Source: Basidiobolus meristosporus CBS 931.73
Taxonomy: Eukaryota; Fungi; Basidiobolomycota
Assembly: GCA_002104905.1 (NCBI GenBank)
Contig: MCFE01000061.1
Coordinates: 129,233 to 193,232 of the forward strand
DNA length: 64,000 bases
Direction of reading: 5' to 3'
The notes beneath the pieces are model-generated. The model did no database searches. It was given only the letters and a program-made list of their open reading frames with translations, and was not told the DNA's origin. Within the stretch, counting starts at the first letter, position 1, and each line of letters starts with the position of its first letter. This document shows, piece by piece, positions 1 to 13,596 of this stretch. The translations under genes were made by a program, and so were the position numbers.

Positions 1-480
1 TGCGAGCGACTTGAAAGGATAACAAGCAGAGGTTTTTGAATATCCCACGTCGAGAAAAATTCGGATGAACGCCCACCATAACTCCGTGGAAATATTGGCC
101 TTCATTTTGTCGATGTTGGAAGTAGACATTGTCTAGTTGCTCCAGAAACTGTAGTATAGGATCCTGGGCAGCCTCAAGATCGAACTGTTCCAGTATACAA
201 TTCCCGTTGAGAAAAACACCAACCACCTGCTCTGTATGCTTCTCGAAGGCGTAAACGGATATCTCATGGGGAATACTTGCCTCCGCTAGGTTGCTCACGT
301 ATTCAGAGATAAACTTATAAACTTGTTCTTTGGGGTAGATTTTCTGCAGCTCACACTCAAGGGAACCATGGTTGAAGAAACTTTCGATAATCAGCGACTT
401 GCATTGCTGAACGATGTTGCTTGCAGTGGTTGGCTTCAGCAACCCGAAGACTATTTCCTCCTTCAGTATCGTCATATTCG
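1..480 (-). CDS. Partial spliced gene of unknown function running off the left edge
   Basis: Manual translation shows two long stop-free segments (..KTKANMTILKEEIVFGLLKPTTASNIVQQCKSLIIESFFNHGS.. and ..EYVSNLAEASIPHEISVYAFEKHTEQVVGVFLNG..WWAFIRIFLDVGY..). No recognisable motif; start not located. Confidence 0.4.
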
Positions 481-826
481 CTTTGGTCTTTAGCTAGGAA
501 GAGTCGGATACACTGGCAAAGCCGTTGCGTTGCATCTCGTCAGCTGCCACAGTAATATATAAGGCATGTTGGTAACACTTTAGAATCCTTCCACTTGTAG
601 AATATTCTTCTGCAATGAGCCAATTATATATTTGGAGCGCTGGACAGTTGTGTTTTCAGGCAATCCAATTTACAGTCCCAAATAGAATCGTGCATTTCAT
701 AGGTTTGATCTCCAGGCTGCGCCACCTAGAGAGATGAGCCAATTGAGAATAGTTTCATGTAGGATATATCAGATGAGGTTGGACTTGGTTGCAACTTATT
801 CTTTGTAATTTGTGGAGATTATCGGA

Positions 827-3221
827 ATGGATTTAGAAGCGCGCAACGCCTTAAGCCATTTAATTAACTCCATCACTACCACAGGGGAATTACGGATCAA
901 CGAAGTGAAATTAAAGGTACATTTTTCTATGATATCTCTTTGTAAGAACAGAGAGTATTGACACTTGCAATACTTCTTCAAACGCGAAATAAAGGAATTT
1001 AAAAAAATTTGCAAAAGATCAAATAGCAATGTCGAGAGTGCATATCAACTGTTGATGACTCAGCTCAAGAAAAGACACGCGCAGGTACTAAATCTCAGCT
1101 TGTTTGTGTTGTTGGCTAAACTTACTTACTCCGTTTGGTAAATAGATAAGATATAGTTGTGTGCAATTAATTGAAACTTTGTTTAGCCGCTCGCATCACT
1201 TCCGTCTACTGTTATCCGAAGAGTTTCCTATCTTTCTTCAGTACACAATTGGCATTCATGGGAAGGATCTGCCACCACCCAAGGAGTCAGCGCATAAGCT
1301 ACGCGAATTGACGCTTGATCACATCAAAAACTGGAATCTAAAATTTGGAGATACATACAAACAGGTAGGGTAATTTCCTTCTATACGTAAGTCATAAGCT
1401 TCCTCTTTTCCCAGGCACTAAACCTCCGGCACACTTTTAGCTTGCTTTAGGCTGTCAATACCTAAAAAACCATTTGCAGATTGACTTTTCAGACCGTTCG
1501 ACTTTCACACGTAACACACTAACCGATGAAAAACAAGAAAGAATTAAAGCTGCTAGGAGAAAGCGCTTTGATACGGTCAAAGAAGAGATGGACGAGCAAC
1601 TAATCAATATATTAGAGAATCTTAAACAAATGGTAATTAGCACGTTACCTCTCGTCTGCGTATGCGAATAATTGTACAGACCATGCTCTTTGTAGGACTC
1701 CTGCTTTGAGATATTGGTTCCCCTGTATGAGGGAAGTAACGAAGATGTACCAACAAGTCATACTCATGCTAATGAACCATCCATCAGAGAGGTAGAGAAC
1801 GATTGTTTTGTTCACTAGCTATCTCTTAATTGATAATATTCATCCACTTCGAAGATCGTCCATATGCACGGGCTAGGGTCGAATCGTTATAAAATTACAA
1901 TTGACCTGAACAGGGCTAAGGAATCTCTTCATATCGATGAAAACCCGGAGAATTCAGCTATCTACGAAACGCTTCGTGAATCGTACAAAGTCCTGGACCA
2001 CAAGCACTTGAATCAAGTCAACACCTGGATTAGCCAGTTAATGAAATCTGAAAGCAATGTAAGCAATGCCCAATATTCTGCTATCGTGTTGCAGATGACT
2101 CTGACCACTCCCATCAGAATGAACAGGATCGAAACGACTTGTTGAAGAAAGCAATCAATGTAAGAAACGCCTTGCAAACCGCAAAATCGAAAAGCCAAGA
2201 CTTACAGATCGATAAAGCGAATCACGTTGTAGTGAACGATGACGATGACGACGAAAGCGAAGTTGAGTTTGAGGAAGTGCCGATCTTTACACAAGAAGGC
2301 CAACCATCTACATCCTCCACAACAGCAGAGCCAACTCCGACACCTATCGAAGAAAAGAAGCCAGATTCGAAGACAATCAACAAAGTGTCGAGATCCGTTT
2401 ACCACGACACGATCTTTTCATTGAAGAATGAGGTGGGGTTAGAGGAGGATCCGACAATGAGCAGACCTAGGCTAGGCCCTATCATCACTGATCCACCGCG
2501 CAAAGAGCTGAACCCCGTAGGGGCTGCCTCCTCGGATTCCAAGGAAAATGAGAAAATCCAAGAGCTTCTGAAGCGAGCACCCGTCATAGAATATGATACA
2601 GACCTGGATTACTGGGAAGCCAAAGAGCTACCGTTTAACACAACTGGGTTGGAATACTCGCATAGGTTTTATGGTACCTCGACCGGTGAGAACTGTGTTT
2701 CTAAAGACACGCTGGATCGAATGAAGATGCGAGCCGTCTATTACAAGCCACAGCCTCGTGAAATCAAAGCTTGTCGCGCCCCCATGAAAAGCGGCAAGCT
2801 ATGTACTAGACGAGATCTTGTGCGGTGTCCATTTCATGGGAAGGTCATTCCCAGAGACGAGTATGGGCGGCCTAGTGAAACCCAAGAAAGCCCATCAGTA
2901 GAGGAAGACAAGGCGGAAACGTGGGAGGATTTGGAAGAAGATATACAAAACACGTTGCATCTAGAACACCACCAAAAGGGACGAAGAAAGAAGAAGCGAG
3001 AATCGGGACTCATCGATATTCGCACCAAGCCCGATACCAGCCGTAGTAGACTTCAAAAGAAGCTAGCCGATCCAAAAAAACGGAAAATCGCTGAAGAGGT
3101 AAGTGACACTTTACACAAGTATGCAGGTGTCCCTATCCCAACTGAGCATTTGAAATATCAGGTCATTGCTAATGAAGACCAGATGAAACTGAGAAATCGC
3201 AAAGCATTTGTCTGGAATTAG
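827..3221 (+). CDS. UVSSA: UV-stimulated scaffold protein A (transcription-coupled repair), multi-exon
   Basis: Spliced N-terminus MDLEARNALSHLINSITTTGELRINEVKLK/EFKKICK..AYQLLMTQLKKRHAQ/..LFSRSHHFRLLL..LPPPKESAHKLR..WNLKFG matches the UVSSA VHS-like domain. C-terminal CRAPMKSGKLCTRRDLVRCPFHG is the UVSSA zinc-binding motif. Confidence 0.9.
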
Positions 3222-3974
3222 TCGTTCAGGGATTCCAGGAAAGGGACTGGAATGCTGGTTGGAGAGGTGGTGTCAATCTGTTCGATCTGGCACAATTTTT
3301 GTAAGGGGCTATGCAACCCAACCTACATTCGAACAAGCAACCAAATGATATGTCCAGCTATTACCACTCAGTGACACCATAATTACCCAAACGATTACCC
3401 AGCACGAAATAGGAGCAGCGGCCTTTGCCCATTACGTGGTCGGAGGCTTACCAACTTCGAGTTCTCAGAGAGCTACACAAACATGTACCGGATGCCGCGA
3501 ATGATTGTGGAGTTTAAAATTAGGCTTCGGTGGCATCATTACATCTCAATAAATAGGAATTTAAAATAGAAGTGAGGATTTAACAGTAAATGTGGAAGTC
3601 TACTGAATTAAAGGGCATTTGAGATGTGAAGTGACTGATTATTTGTGAAACACACCAGACGCTTAGCATTCCAGGAATCCCCTTTTCCGCCGCCCCCTTT
3701 TTCACCACCTCTAGGCAGCTAGCCCAAATAACATCCGTATTTAGGATATATTTAGGATTGGGAAGTGACAAAAAATTGATTTCTATTTGATTTATGATCC
3801 GTCAAGAAAATTTGCCCTTTTTTTAGCAAAACAATCATCAATACATATTTGATTTTTAAATCAATTTACCGTATATCGACTGATATACATAAACATGTTG
3901 TCGCCTATGAGAATCCTTATCAATCTCATATATCATCTTCGTTCTCTTTATCTCCACAAGCACTTTCAAGAACA

Positions 3975-4798
3975 ATGAGTGATCGCGAAGGAGGAAACGG
4001 TCTGGATGATGATTTGTCTCTACCTAAAGGTAACTTATCCGATCCCTCTACTTCATGCGGCGACTCGATGTTGTTAAGCTGGCCATTTCTACTCGGCTCA
4101 TTGTTGTATACCCTAAGACTCCTTTTGTGTTTCGTTCAAGCGACTAGTCCGCCTTTGTCTTGGCTAACTACGTATCCCTTTTTTTGCTATAGCTACCGTT
4201 CAAAAACTGATAAACGAAATGATGCCAGATGACATCGTCTGCGCTAAAGATACACGAGATTTATTAATCGATTGCTGCGTTGGTAAGTTTCCACGGGCTG
4301 GACAGAAGTACTACTTCGGATCAAGACGTTCAAGCCACCTTCTTGAACTCCACCGTTGTGTAGAATGGGTATTAACTTGGCCTTTTTAGAGTTCATCCAT
4401 TTGATCGCTTCCGAGGCGAATGAGATCTGTGAAAAGGAAGCCAAGAAAACTATAGCAGCCGAACATGTGATTGTCGCATTGCAGGTAATTCTCGATTCTT
4501 TTGACTTGGTCTTCATGCTTTCGCAACTCACCCACTGATGACCCTCAGACCCTTGGTTTCGAAAACTATCTGCCCGAAGTCCAGGAAGTATTCAAAGAGC
4601 ACAAAAAGCAACAAAAGGTACGGGCCAGCCAGACTGATAATCTTTCCAGCTTGGATAGCTGAGCCTTTTTTTGGCTAGGATCGTGACCGTAAAAGTTCTC
4701 GTTTGGAAAATAGCGGGATGTCCGAAGAGGAGCTACTCCGCAACCAGGCGATGTTGTTTGCTCAGGCACGAATGAAATACGAAGCTCAGCAGCAGTGA
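3975..4798 (+). CDS. NCB2: Negative cofactor 2 beta subunit (DR1/NC2beta), histone fold, 5 exons
   Basis: DDDLSLPK/ATVQKLINEMMPDDIVCAKDTRDLLIDCCV/EFIHLIASEANEICEKEAKKTIAAEHV..ALQ/TLGFENY..MSEEELLRNQAMLFAQAR; canonical GT-AG introns. Confidence 0.95.
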
Positions 4799-5534
4799 AG
4801 TATCCCGCTTCTGCCCGACTTCCCGGAATCCTTTTCTTACGGAAAGAGCAAGATTTCGATTGATAATGTGCCATTCTTTAACTTCCTCACCCGTTCTGAA
4901 CAACTGAGCTTTCTAAAATCTGCACCTGTTATGATTCTTTGTAAATACAGCTTGAATCTCACCTCGCCACCGACCACATTCTTTGTTGATTGATTTTAAA
5001 CCAACCCCACCAACCCCCACTCAACAAACCAAGTACTTTGAGCTTTATTTACATCAATAATAGAGTTGTTGGTTGACGCATCCGGAGTTTGCCTTGGATC
5101 CTTATTCCATCCCTCTTGATACGAGCTTGTTCTCGTCACCTTTGTACCCGTATTTCATCAGTGAAATTTCTACCACTTTCTACCATGAGTCCCCATCTTT
5201 TAGTGTATTCTTTTCGTTTTCAACGTCCCACTGTTCTTGGATAATTTATAGATCTTTCGCCAGCTACGAAGTTGCTAATTAGAATTTCCAGTAAACCACA
5301 TCCGACAGCATAACAAATGAACGGGTTCCAATTTATTTGATTTTCAGATTCGGATTCAGATCGGGACTAGCAAATTCACGCCGGATGGTTGCTGCTGAAA
5401 AGGATGCATCGCCAAATATTCTCTTGACAGTGATATGGAGTTGATTCTACTTCGGAGTGCATGGGATTCAACGACGGCGAATGGTGGCTTGTACTTGGAC
5501 GGTACGGTGGAGGCACGCAAGTGACCGAGGCTCC

Positions 5535-6541
5535 TCACTCGTCCATATCCTGCATGATGTACTCTTCGTAGGCGTAACCTCTACAAAAGCCAATACATCA
5601 GCGTGGTTCATTGATCTATCAAACCATTACAGCATACTTTTGACTGTCTAAATCGCTGTCCGATTCCGACATATCGTCGTCCTCTCGAATTGGCCCTTGG
5701 TAGCTGGAATGCAATGGGCGAGTTAGCCAGGTGGGATCGGCCCGGTTCCAACTGGCTAGCCTTACCTCAGGTTGCTGCAAGTGAAGAAGAGTATGCGCTT
5801 GAGTTTCCGGTTGAAGAAGAAGTAATTAAAAGACCAGCTAATAAAGGGGTTCAACCATGTTGTTAACGAGAGATGATCAAGGTGCGAGGATAGTGGCTTG
5901 CATACATTGAACCTTCGTCGGCATACGGATCCGAATCGTCGTCGGGTATATAAGAGTAGACATCGCAGTCGTTCAGGGAGATGACCTCGTCGAGAACATC
6001 CCATAAACGATGGGATTGAATCAGGTCGGCCCGACCAAGGCTGAATAGTGTAGTGTTGATTGAATTCATGACCATGGACAGGGACTGCTGTTTGCTGAAC
6101 TGCTCGGGCTTCAAGTCGCTAGAGATATCCTGGGTTAGGATGTGTGCTGCCTTGGTCAGAAACTGGGGAAGAAACCTGAATTCGTAGTCGGGAAAGGAGG
6201 CATTGAGAGTTGATATCAGGTAAAACAGAGTTTTCCGGGAGGAGAGCTGATCAAGTGGACCGAACGGCGAAATGATCAGGTGGAAATTCTGCTCTGGGGA
6301 TAGACTGTACGCAGTTAATTCCTCCTGGTGACGGGATTCCAGTTGTTTGAATAACTTCTTATCGCCACCAGCGCTTTTACCTGGGGAAAATGCAATTACC
6401 ATACGGCCTCTAGAGAGTGGAGCTCAACGAAGCTTACGTACAAGAGAAGGCTTCGACCCTCCCGTATATTTTGCTGTCAGCAGTCTCGAAGATCAAATAT
6501 TTGTTGATGACATCAAGGCTCGGGAACTCGAGAAACTTCAT
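5535..6541 (-). CDS. MAF1: RNA polymerase III repressor Maf1, multi-exon
   Basis: MKFLEFPSLDVIN..GRVEAFSC/KSAGGDKKLFK..SPFGPLDQLSSRKTLFYLISTLNASFPDYEF..WSFNYFFFNRKLKRILFF, followed by an acidic tail. The 3' end is inferred from splice signals. Confidence 0.93.
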
Positions 6542-7190
6542 TTGGCTCTTCACGATAACAAAGTGACTCGTACTAAACTTCGTCCTGCTAAATGCCCAGA
6601 TATGATAAGCTAATCAAAACAAGAGTCTAACGTTGAGACGGTGGCGATCAAAACTCATATCAGTTAGGGCTCAGTTAAAAAGATTTGGTTGTAGTGGACC
6701 CAACAATACAAATGGAGCATCCGAGCAATGCAACGCACACGTGAACGCTGCTCCCGCAAATCATCTCTCTCAGGTGCATCACCCCGACTCTTCCTCCATG
6801 TAGAGTCAACAGCAACTCGACATATTGGCACTTGGCCAACCATTGCTGAGCACTGCAGAACCTATTTGTTGATGGCATGAGGTGTCAATTCCAGCACTGA
6901 TGATTGGCGTGGCTGTTTCAAACAAGTAAAGTGGTGGCCCAAGACGCCAAGTGGTTTTCAAAAATTTATGGCTCGTCATTCAAGTACAATTGAGGATGGA
7001 GGCCCTATCTATTCCGGTGTAAGTCGTCTCTTCCCGAGCAGCTGGCCTATTACAAGGTGGCCAGCAGTAATGCTATGCTGGAACCGAGTCCTACAATGGA
7101 CCATGTAGCTTGGGGTAGAAACAAGTTGCATGGACACTCAAAGCGATTAACCTCAACTGCCTAATGGGTTGGTGTCTCAAACCCAATGCG

Positions 7191-10100
7191 TTATTGGCCC
7201 AAGCTAATTGGATCTTCCTGGTCAGCTTCATCATCCGTGTCCACCTCGTCACATGCCCCAGCTATCTCCTCCTCTGGATCGAACTGGCGAATTTCATTGA
7301 GTTTGAGCTCGAACTCGTCGATAATGGCTTTGTCACGTTGCCAGGGCTGTGATTTTGTTTTGTGAATGATCTCCACCATGCACTGGAACAGGACATCATC
7401 ATGAAGTTTGTCCTGGTAGCACTTGAAGCTTTCCACGAGTTTCTTGAAAGTTCTCTCCGACTTGTATGGTAGTATGCTCAAGCAATACCCAATATCCTGC
7501 CACTGACGCGGATCATCGGTATTTCGGAACCGCTGGCATAGTTTCTCCACAATGTTTTCGATTTGCCGCTCTTTCTCGTTGATAAATTCAAAGAGGAACT
7601 TCATGATACGCTTGAAGGTGTTCGAGTCAACCGCGCTCTCTCCGTTCGATAAACTGCTGATGATGTCGGGTAGGTTGTTGTAGACGGCATTGTCCTTGGA
7701 GGCAAGCTCCGTGAAGAATAGTCGGGCCAGATTGCTTATCCGAGCGTCAGGATTTTCCAAGCATTTGGCCATCTCCCCTAGTTGCCCTTTGACTTTCACC
7801 ATGCCATTCAAGATCAAGTGGGTCAGAACCATAAGAGTATTTATCCGAACAGACGTATCAGAGTCTCTTAGACGCTTGTATAAATGAGCGATGTTCTCAC
7901 CAACGAGCGTATTGAAGCAGACCGCAATATCCCCCAGAGCGATGGTGATATTGGTGCGAATAATTGGGTCGCTTGCCTTCTCGAGCATGGTGAATAGGAG
8001 CTGCAGGTGTTTCTCGCAGAATTGCTCACTCACACACATGAATTTTGATAAGGTTAAGGCTGAGTAGCATTGAAGGACAGGGTCGGAATACACGGTATTG
8101 TTCGAGCAGATGTGCACGACAAGCGGTCCAAAAGTGGCCAGCAGTGATTTGGGACCGAACAGCAGCTCTCTTTCGCGAACATGCATAGCGACATCAGCGA
8201 CATCATCCTCTGTAGAACCGACAACCTGCTCAAGGCCATCTTCAATGTCCTGTGGTCGCGCGGAGTCGTTCGCCTTACTGTTTCTTCGCTTCCACTCGTT
8301 TTCGATGATTTCTATGTGCACGATCTGTTTGATGGCAACATGACCAACTAGAAAAATCAATTGGCTTAGCAGTAAACTACGTGAGCATTCTCCGTCACTG
8401 CCTTCCTCATGTTGTTGATCTTCCTTGAGCGGTTCGCCATCAAATGTAGCTCTGGCCTTGTTTTTAATGATCTTTCCTGATAAGGTATCCGGATGATCAC
8501 ACAATAAATAAATCGTGTTGATGGCTTGCTCGGCAAGTGTAAACCATTCGGAGGAGATTGAGTGCTCCTGAACGAACGCTTCTAACTTGCAGAATATTGG
8601 ATGAGTTACCGGAAGTCGAAGATGGCCGGCCGAGGTGGACCCCTTCACATGCTTAAACTCGGTGAGACGTTGCAAGGCCAAACATGTATATTTGGCCAAA
8701 GACAAGTCTGTTTTCCCATACTCTCCAAGGCCAATCTTCAACAGCAAATCTATACGCTCAGATATGATTTCTTTTCTTGCTTTTCCTAACATTCCTAAAA
8801 TCACGATCGCACCGCGACGTTGTGCAGCAGGAATTTCCTTTCGTGTGACCCCGTACACCCCCCAGAGCTTTGCGATAAGCTCTTCAGGGATTTGTTCTTC
8901 GCTAACCATAATTCTTAGGATCTCTTCCAATGAGGTTAATTCCGCAAGTGAAGGTGAAAATGTCAATCCAATCAAGTTGCGCGAGAAGCTGTTGATGTTT
9001 TCTTTGGAGCTCTTCGACGGATCAGGCGTAAGATAAAGTGTGCGAAATGCCTCGATCAGTCGGACCCGAATCCCTTTACCCTCATCGCTGCCTGTATCCT
9101 TGACCCAAACTAGATGCAGCATCTTTTTGATCCCATCCTGCGCCAGCATTACCTTGTAGCGATGTGCCGTAACAAAGAAATCTATTGCTTCCATAATCTC
9201 CGCTTTGCTTGTGGATCCTAGCAACTGACATAATATAGGGATTGCTTGATGGATTCGATCGATAAACTGCAAAGCGTCAGTATAGTATCTCTGCTTGAGT
9301 TGTAGCTGCACCATTTGAATAGCAGTGGACTGATCTAGAATGGGGTTGATGATATCTTGAATGTTCGATCTATCTTCTTTCACATCATTATCCTCTGATT
9401 CCTCAGAAGACTGCGAGGTGTTACTGAAGCTTGCTGATGCCCTCTTTCTGATAGTCGAGTTTTCGGCTGACTCGCTGTATCCACTGAGACTAAGCTCATC
9501 CTTACACTCATCCTCATTCGGTTTGGATTTCATAGTGTCCGGAATGATGGACTTCGAGTGTGGTTAACATATGCGAACAAGAAATAAAACAGCCACCACT
9601 TACCCGAAGCATCTCTGTTACTGAGTCTAGTTTTTCTTGAAACACATCTGACTGGAGCTCACCGCCATCCAAGTAGAAAGGATGTGTCTCTAAAAGCTTC
9701 GTCAGAGCCTTGATGGCATTCTTCCTGACATTGCTGCTCTTATCGCTCAAGCGACCAATAACCAAATCAACCAGCCTGGCTCTTCGTTTCGGGAATTTTG
9801 CTTTAGCTCTATATACGAGGTGGCCAGTCAGTTTAGCAGAACAAGTTGGACATTCATGATGTAAGACACATACTCGCACAAGCTTATACAAACTTGCAAA
9901 ATTTTGCACCGGCAAATAGAATTCACATCTCTAAAACGCTCCTCCAGTACATCGAAATAGTGTTCCAACTGGGTATGCTGTACTTCATTCTGCTCCAGCG
10001 TGGCCAGGCTCAGTATGGAGGTTCCAATAATTTTGATGAGTGCACATCGCATCACATATGATTCACTGTCTAATTGGCGAATCAAGAGACCCATTTGTTT

Positions 10101-11459
10101 GAGGACAAGTTTTGGTGTGAGCTCGGAAAGCCTTACTAGGAAACGAGCGGTGGATTTTGGGCCTGTTCGATCAGATATCGTAAAAGTCCGGTTACTTATC
10201 TCTCTAAAGCCGCAAACACAATTAGAAAGGCACAAAATCTCTACCAAAACACCGACTACCTTAGGATGGCCTCAGCAAGTTGGGGGTGATCGAACTCTTC
10301 CACTAATCTGCCCAATAGCTCTGCCATAGGCTCGCTTAAGTGCTCGTAATATTGAAGATTCTGTAAAATGGTGGTCTGCGCCACTATCGATCAAGAGGTA
10401 AGTCTAGGCCCATTATAAACTGAAGAAACACAAAGCTTGGTACCATGGGAGTGGCCATAATCTTTAACACATCTGCCGATGATGGAATACGCTTGGAACT
10501 TTAGGGGTCCTGACTTCAAATTCTCCGGATTCTCCAGGATTTGATATGCAGGTTTAGTAAAAAGGCTGTAAATACTCGTATTAGCAGCGGTTTGACTGGG
10601 CACAGGGAGTGAAGAATGGCATACCTGACACTAATGTCACGCATGTGGGAGGAAGGGCATATAGCGTTTAATCGGAGGCCCGCCGCACGGGAGACTAGCT
10701 CGAGGCATTTCATCTTATGGTTGGACCAATCCCACGCTTCCTGTTCGTCGGCACCATCTTCAGCGTTCTTACTGCGCTGTATAAATTGAGTGGTCTGTGA
10801 ATTCCAGGACATCAAATTGTTTCTAAGGGTTGATCTTACCTTGCCTTTGCTTTGAGTAGATTTAGCTGAACTACTACCCTTCCCTTCAGCAGCGGATACA
10901 ATCCACTGGAGCAAAAAGGCGTACATTTGAATTGCTCTTATGTGATCATCGTAGTTGCTAGCTTCGGATGCTAGGGCCTCTTCTGTGTCATCAATAACGT
11001 TTTGAAAGCCTGTGGTGATATAATGGGATCAACGGAAACCCTGTAAGTGAGCAAGTTCATGTACTATATGTGAGAAGCATCAAATTTACCTGACACAATA
11101 ATATCTAATAGTTTGTTTCTGTGTTGGGGCGTCAGGAGCTTGAAATATCTGGTACCGTCAGCTCCGTCATTTCAATCACTATCAAGCTCCATGAGATGAG
11201 ACTTACTTTATAAAACTCCGAAGACAGTCGAAGACTTCCATTTCATTGACAACAAATGGGTCGTTTTGGATTTTTTCGATTGCATCTATAAACGGCCTCG
11301 CTTTAGTATCGACTGCAAAACGGAGGAGCAAGGCTTGACTGTCTAACCGTCAAGGTATTTGTTGATCGCAGCAGCACTCAAGTTGGCAACGTCCACCTCA
11401 TTATCGATTGTGACTTTACTATCTTGTGTTTTGATTAATTCGTCCTGTATGTCGAACAT
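7191..11459 (-). CDS. YCS4: Condensin complex subunit 1 (Cnd1/Ycs4/CAP-D2), HEAT repeats, multi-exon
   Basis: 780-aa terminal exon with ALTLSKFMCVSEQFCEKHLQLLFTML..IRTNITIALGDIAVCFN..LTHLILNGMVKVKGQLGEMAKCL; upstream exons include RLSDKSSNVRKNAIK. Start codon approximate. Confidence 0.93.
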
Positions 11460-12024
11460 GACCAATACTTTGCACAGTCGGACAGCTATTGCAGGGAAAT
11501 TTCTTTGAGCGCCTAAAACTCTTCGGGAATACAGCAAGTAAACAAAGACTTCTGAGAAAGGAGGAACACCAGAATGTATCAAGCGACAATATTATTTATA
11601 GCACAGTCATCCATGCTCAATACTCGCATTGATCAATACAGGCTGCTAACACGCTGACATAGCTTTCAATTTTTCCATTGTTTACTCTCACTTCGAAAAT
11701 ACAATTGGACCAATTGAAGATGAGATCTTTGTAGATGCCGTAGCTCACCATGAGAACATGACTTGTTACAACATTCAAGATCGAGCTTTGTTCGAGCGCG
11801 GTGAAATTATGAAAGACTCATTGGCTTCCCATGTCCTGTGGCCAACTACCCCTTGCTGCCTAGCACACCGCAAGTACACACAAGGCCTGATTGAAAGAAA
11901 GAGTGCCGATTGTGTTTATTCCACGGTTTCCTAATCAAGTGATTCCACTAAGCAATATCCCAAAATAGATCCTCTATCAATCCAACAGGAATGGTATACC
12001 TTGGATATAAAACTGCGGATCGTA

Positions 12025-12858
12025 TCAACACAATAGATCTAGTTCCTTCGTACGTTGATAATATTGATCATGATCGTAATCGAAGGGAAGATTTCCACCA
12101 TAGGTGGTCTCTAGTAGATCGGCCGGGATGATAGCGAAAGGGCTGCTCGAGTCGGCCATCTTCTTCTTGACAAATTTGATCTTCTCCTTGGTTACTTTGT
12201 CAAGGAAGGGCTGAACCATGTTGAAGAACATCGAAAATACCCAGGGCGCATTATACATAATGGACAAACCGAGTCTCTCTGGATAATGATTGGCTAACGT
12301 GTCGATGGTACGCTTGGCGATATTCAGAGGGATACTTTTACTCTCGCTGTAGAGCGTGAAGTCCATGATCACAACTAATTGATGAACAGTGGGAGGCATA
12401 ACCTTTATCGCCCTCTCCAGACAAAATATCAGCAATTTGAATCCTTCCTCGGGATCTTTGTCCTGGTGTTTGTCCGCTACCTTCTTCAAATAAATTACTG
12501 GCCTGCCGTACATATCAAAACCGTTGACGTAGTTGCTCTTTTGTAGTGCTTGGTCTCGAACGGCTTCAAAAGTGATCTCGTTTGGACGAAACGTTTCCCG
12601 CCACTGCTTTGTTTTCTCCAAACGGTCAAAAGCATTCTGAACCGACCAGTTAGTTGCCTTCAGGTACCTATAAAGAGAGGAATCATCGAACAGGTTTTCT
12701 CGCAAATCCTTGGACGGATCCTTGAACTCCTTATCCACTTGTTGCCGCAAGCTGGAGTGCAATTTCTGCTGTTCAGCAGTGAGTTTCTCCAGAGGACTCT
12801 CGGGTGGTTGCCCTTCGAAAATTAAATAAGGTGAGGATGTACTATTGTTGGCGGCCAT
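12025..12858 (-). CDS. CRAL-TRIO / Sec14-like lipid-transfer protein (Pdr16-like), intronless
   Basis: LYRYLKATNWSV..RLEKTKQWRE..GFDMYGRPVIY..DFTLYS..NHYPERLG..NAPWVFSMFFNMVQPFLDKVTKEKI..YGG. Confidence 0.9.
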   Translation of the reverse strand: MAANNSTSSPYLIFEGQPPESPLEKLTAEQQKLHSSLRQQVDKEFKDPSKDLRENLFDDSSLYRYLKATNWSVQNAFDRLEKTKQWRETFRPNEITFEAVRDQALQKSNYVNGFDMYGRPVIYLKKVADKHQDKDPEEGFKLLIFCLERAIKVMPPTVHQLVVIMDFTLYSESKSIPLNIAKRTIDTLANHYPERLGLSIMYNAPWVFSMFFNMVQPFLDKVTKEKIKFVKKKMADSSSPFAIIPADLLETTYGGNLPFDYDHDQYYQRTKELDLLC

Positions 12859-13188
12859 GCGAGGGCACAGATCAAAAGGACAAATTCAGTTGGTTGGGAT
12901 ATGCTGGGTACTTATTCGATCGATGAACTATGGCACCGACACCACAAATACCCTTCGAGTAATGAAATATGATGCTGGTTCCAACAAATACCGTTTAAAT
13001 GATTAATCAGAAATACGGAGTGCTAAGGAAGCGCTTATAATTTATTTACATTAGATTTTTGCCAGAACAGGCTGAGCAATGAGTGGAATGATGCATTTCA
13101 TTTAGACTGTAGTGCCTAAGTGCAATGCAACTAATGGTGAATATATGCAAAAAATAACCATGCGTTTGGCAAAGTCCTTCAAAATCCT

Positions 13189-13596
13189 TCAATCTTCAAG
13201 CGAAAAGTGCTCTCTAAAGGTGACATAGCGGCGTTTGCTTGGTCGGCCATATAAGGCCTCGAATTCGTCATGCTCTTCTATGATTGCGTTGGTAACTTCT
13301 TCTATCTGATTACAAACTTCATCGAAAACATCTATCTCGGTAATTCGAGGGCCTAACAAAAAGGATTCAAGCCATTCCTCATCGGCATCATCACTGTCGG
13401 AGACATCAGTGTACCACTCTTCCCACAATATGTCATAGTTGGTTTCGACAGGTTCAATATATCTGTGCTCAAGAGTGACCTCCTCGATGATGATGGCTTT
13501 GTCAAGCATCTCATCAACCGTTCTTTTAGAAGGGAGTGACGGAGACTCGGACTTGTCAGAAGAGTCGTACACCTGCTTCGAAGTATGGTTTGTCAT
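13189..13596 (-). CDS. Hypothetical acidic protein (135 aa)
   Basis: ATG-initiated ORF with strong D/E bias; no recognisable motif. Confidence 0.45.
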   Translation of the reverse strand: MTNHTSKQVYDSSDKSESPSLPSKRTVDEMLDKAIIIEEVTLEHRYIEPVETNYDILWEEWYTDVSDSDDADEEWLESFLLGPRITEIDVFDEVCNQIEEVTNAIIEEHDEFEALYGRPSKRRYVTFREHFSLED

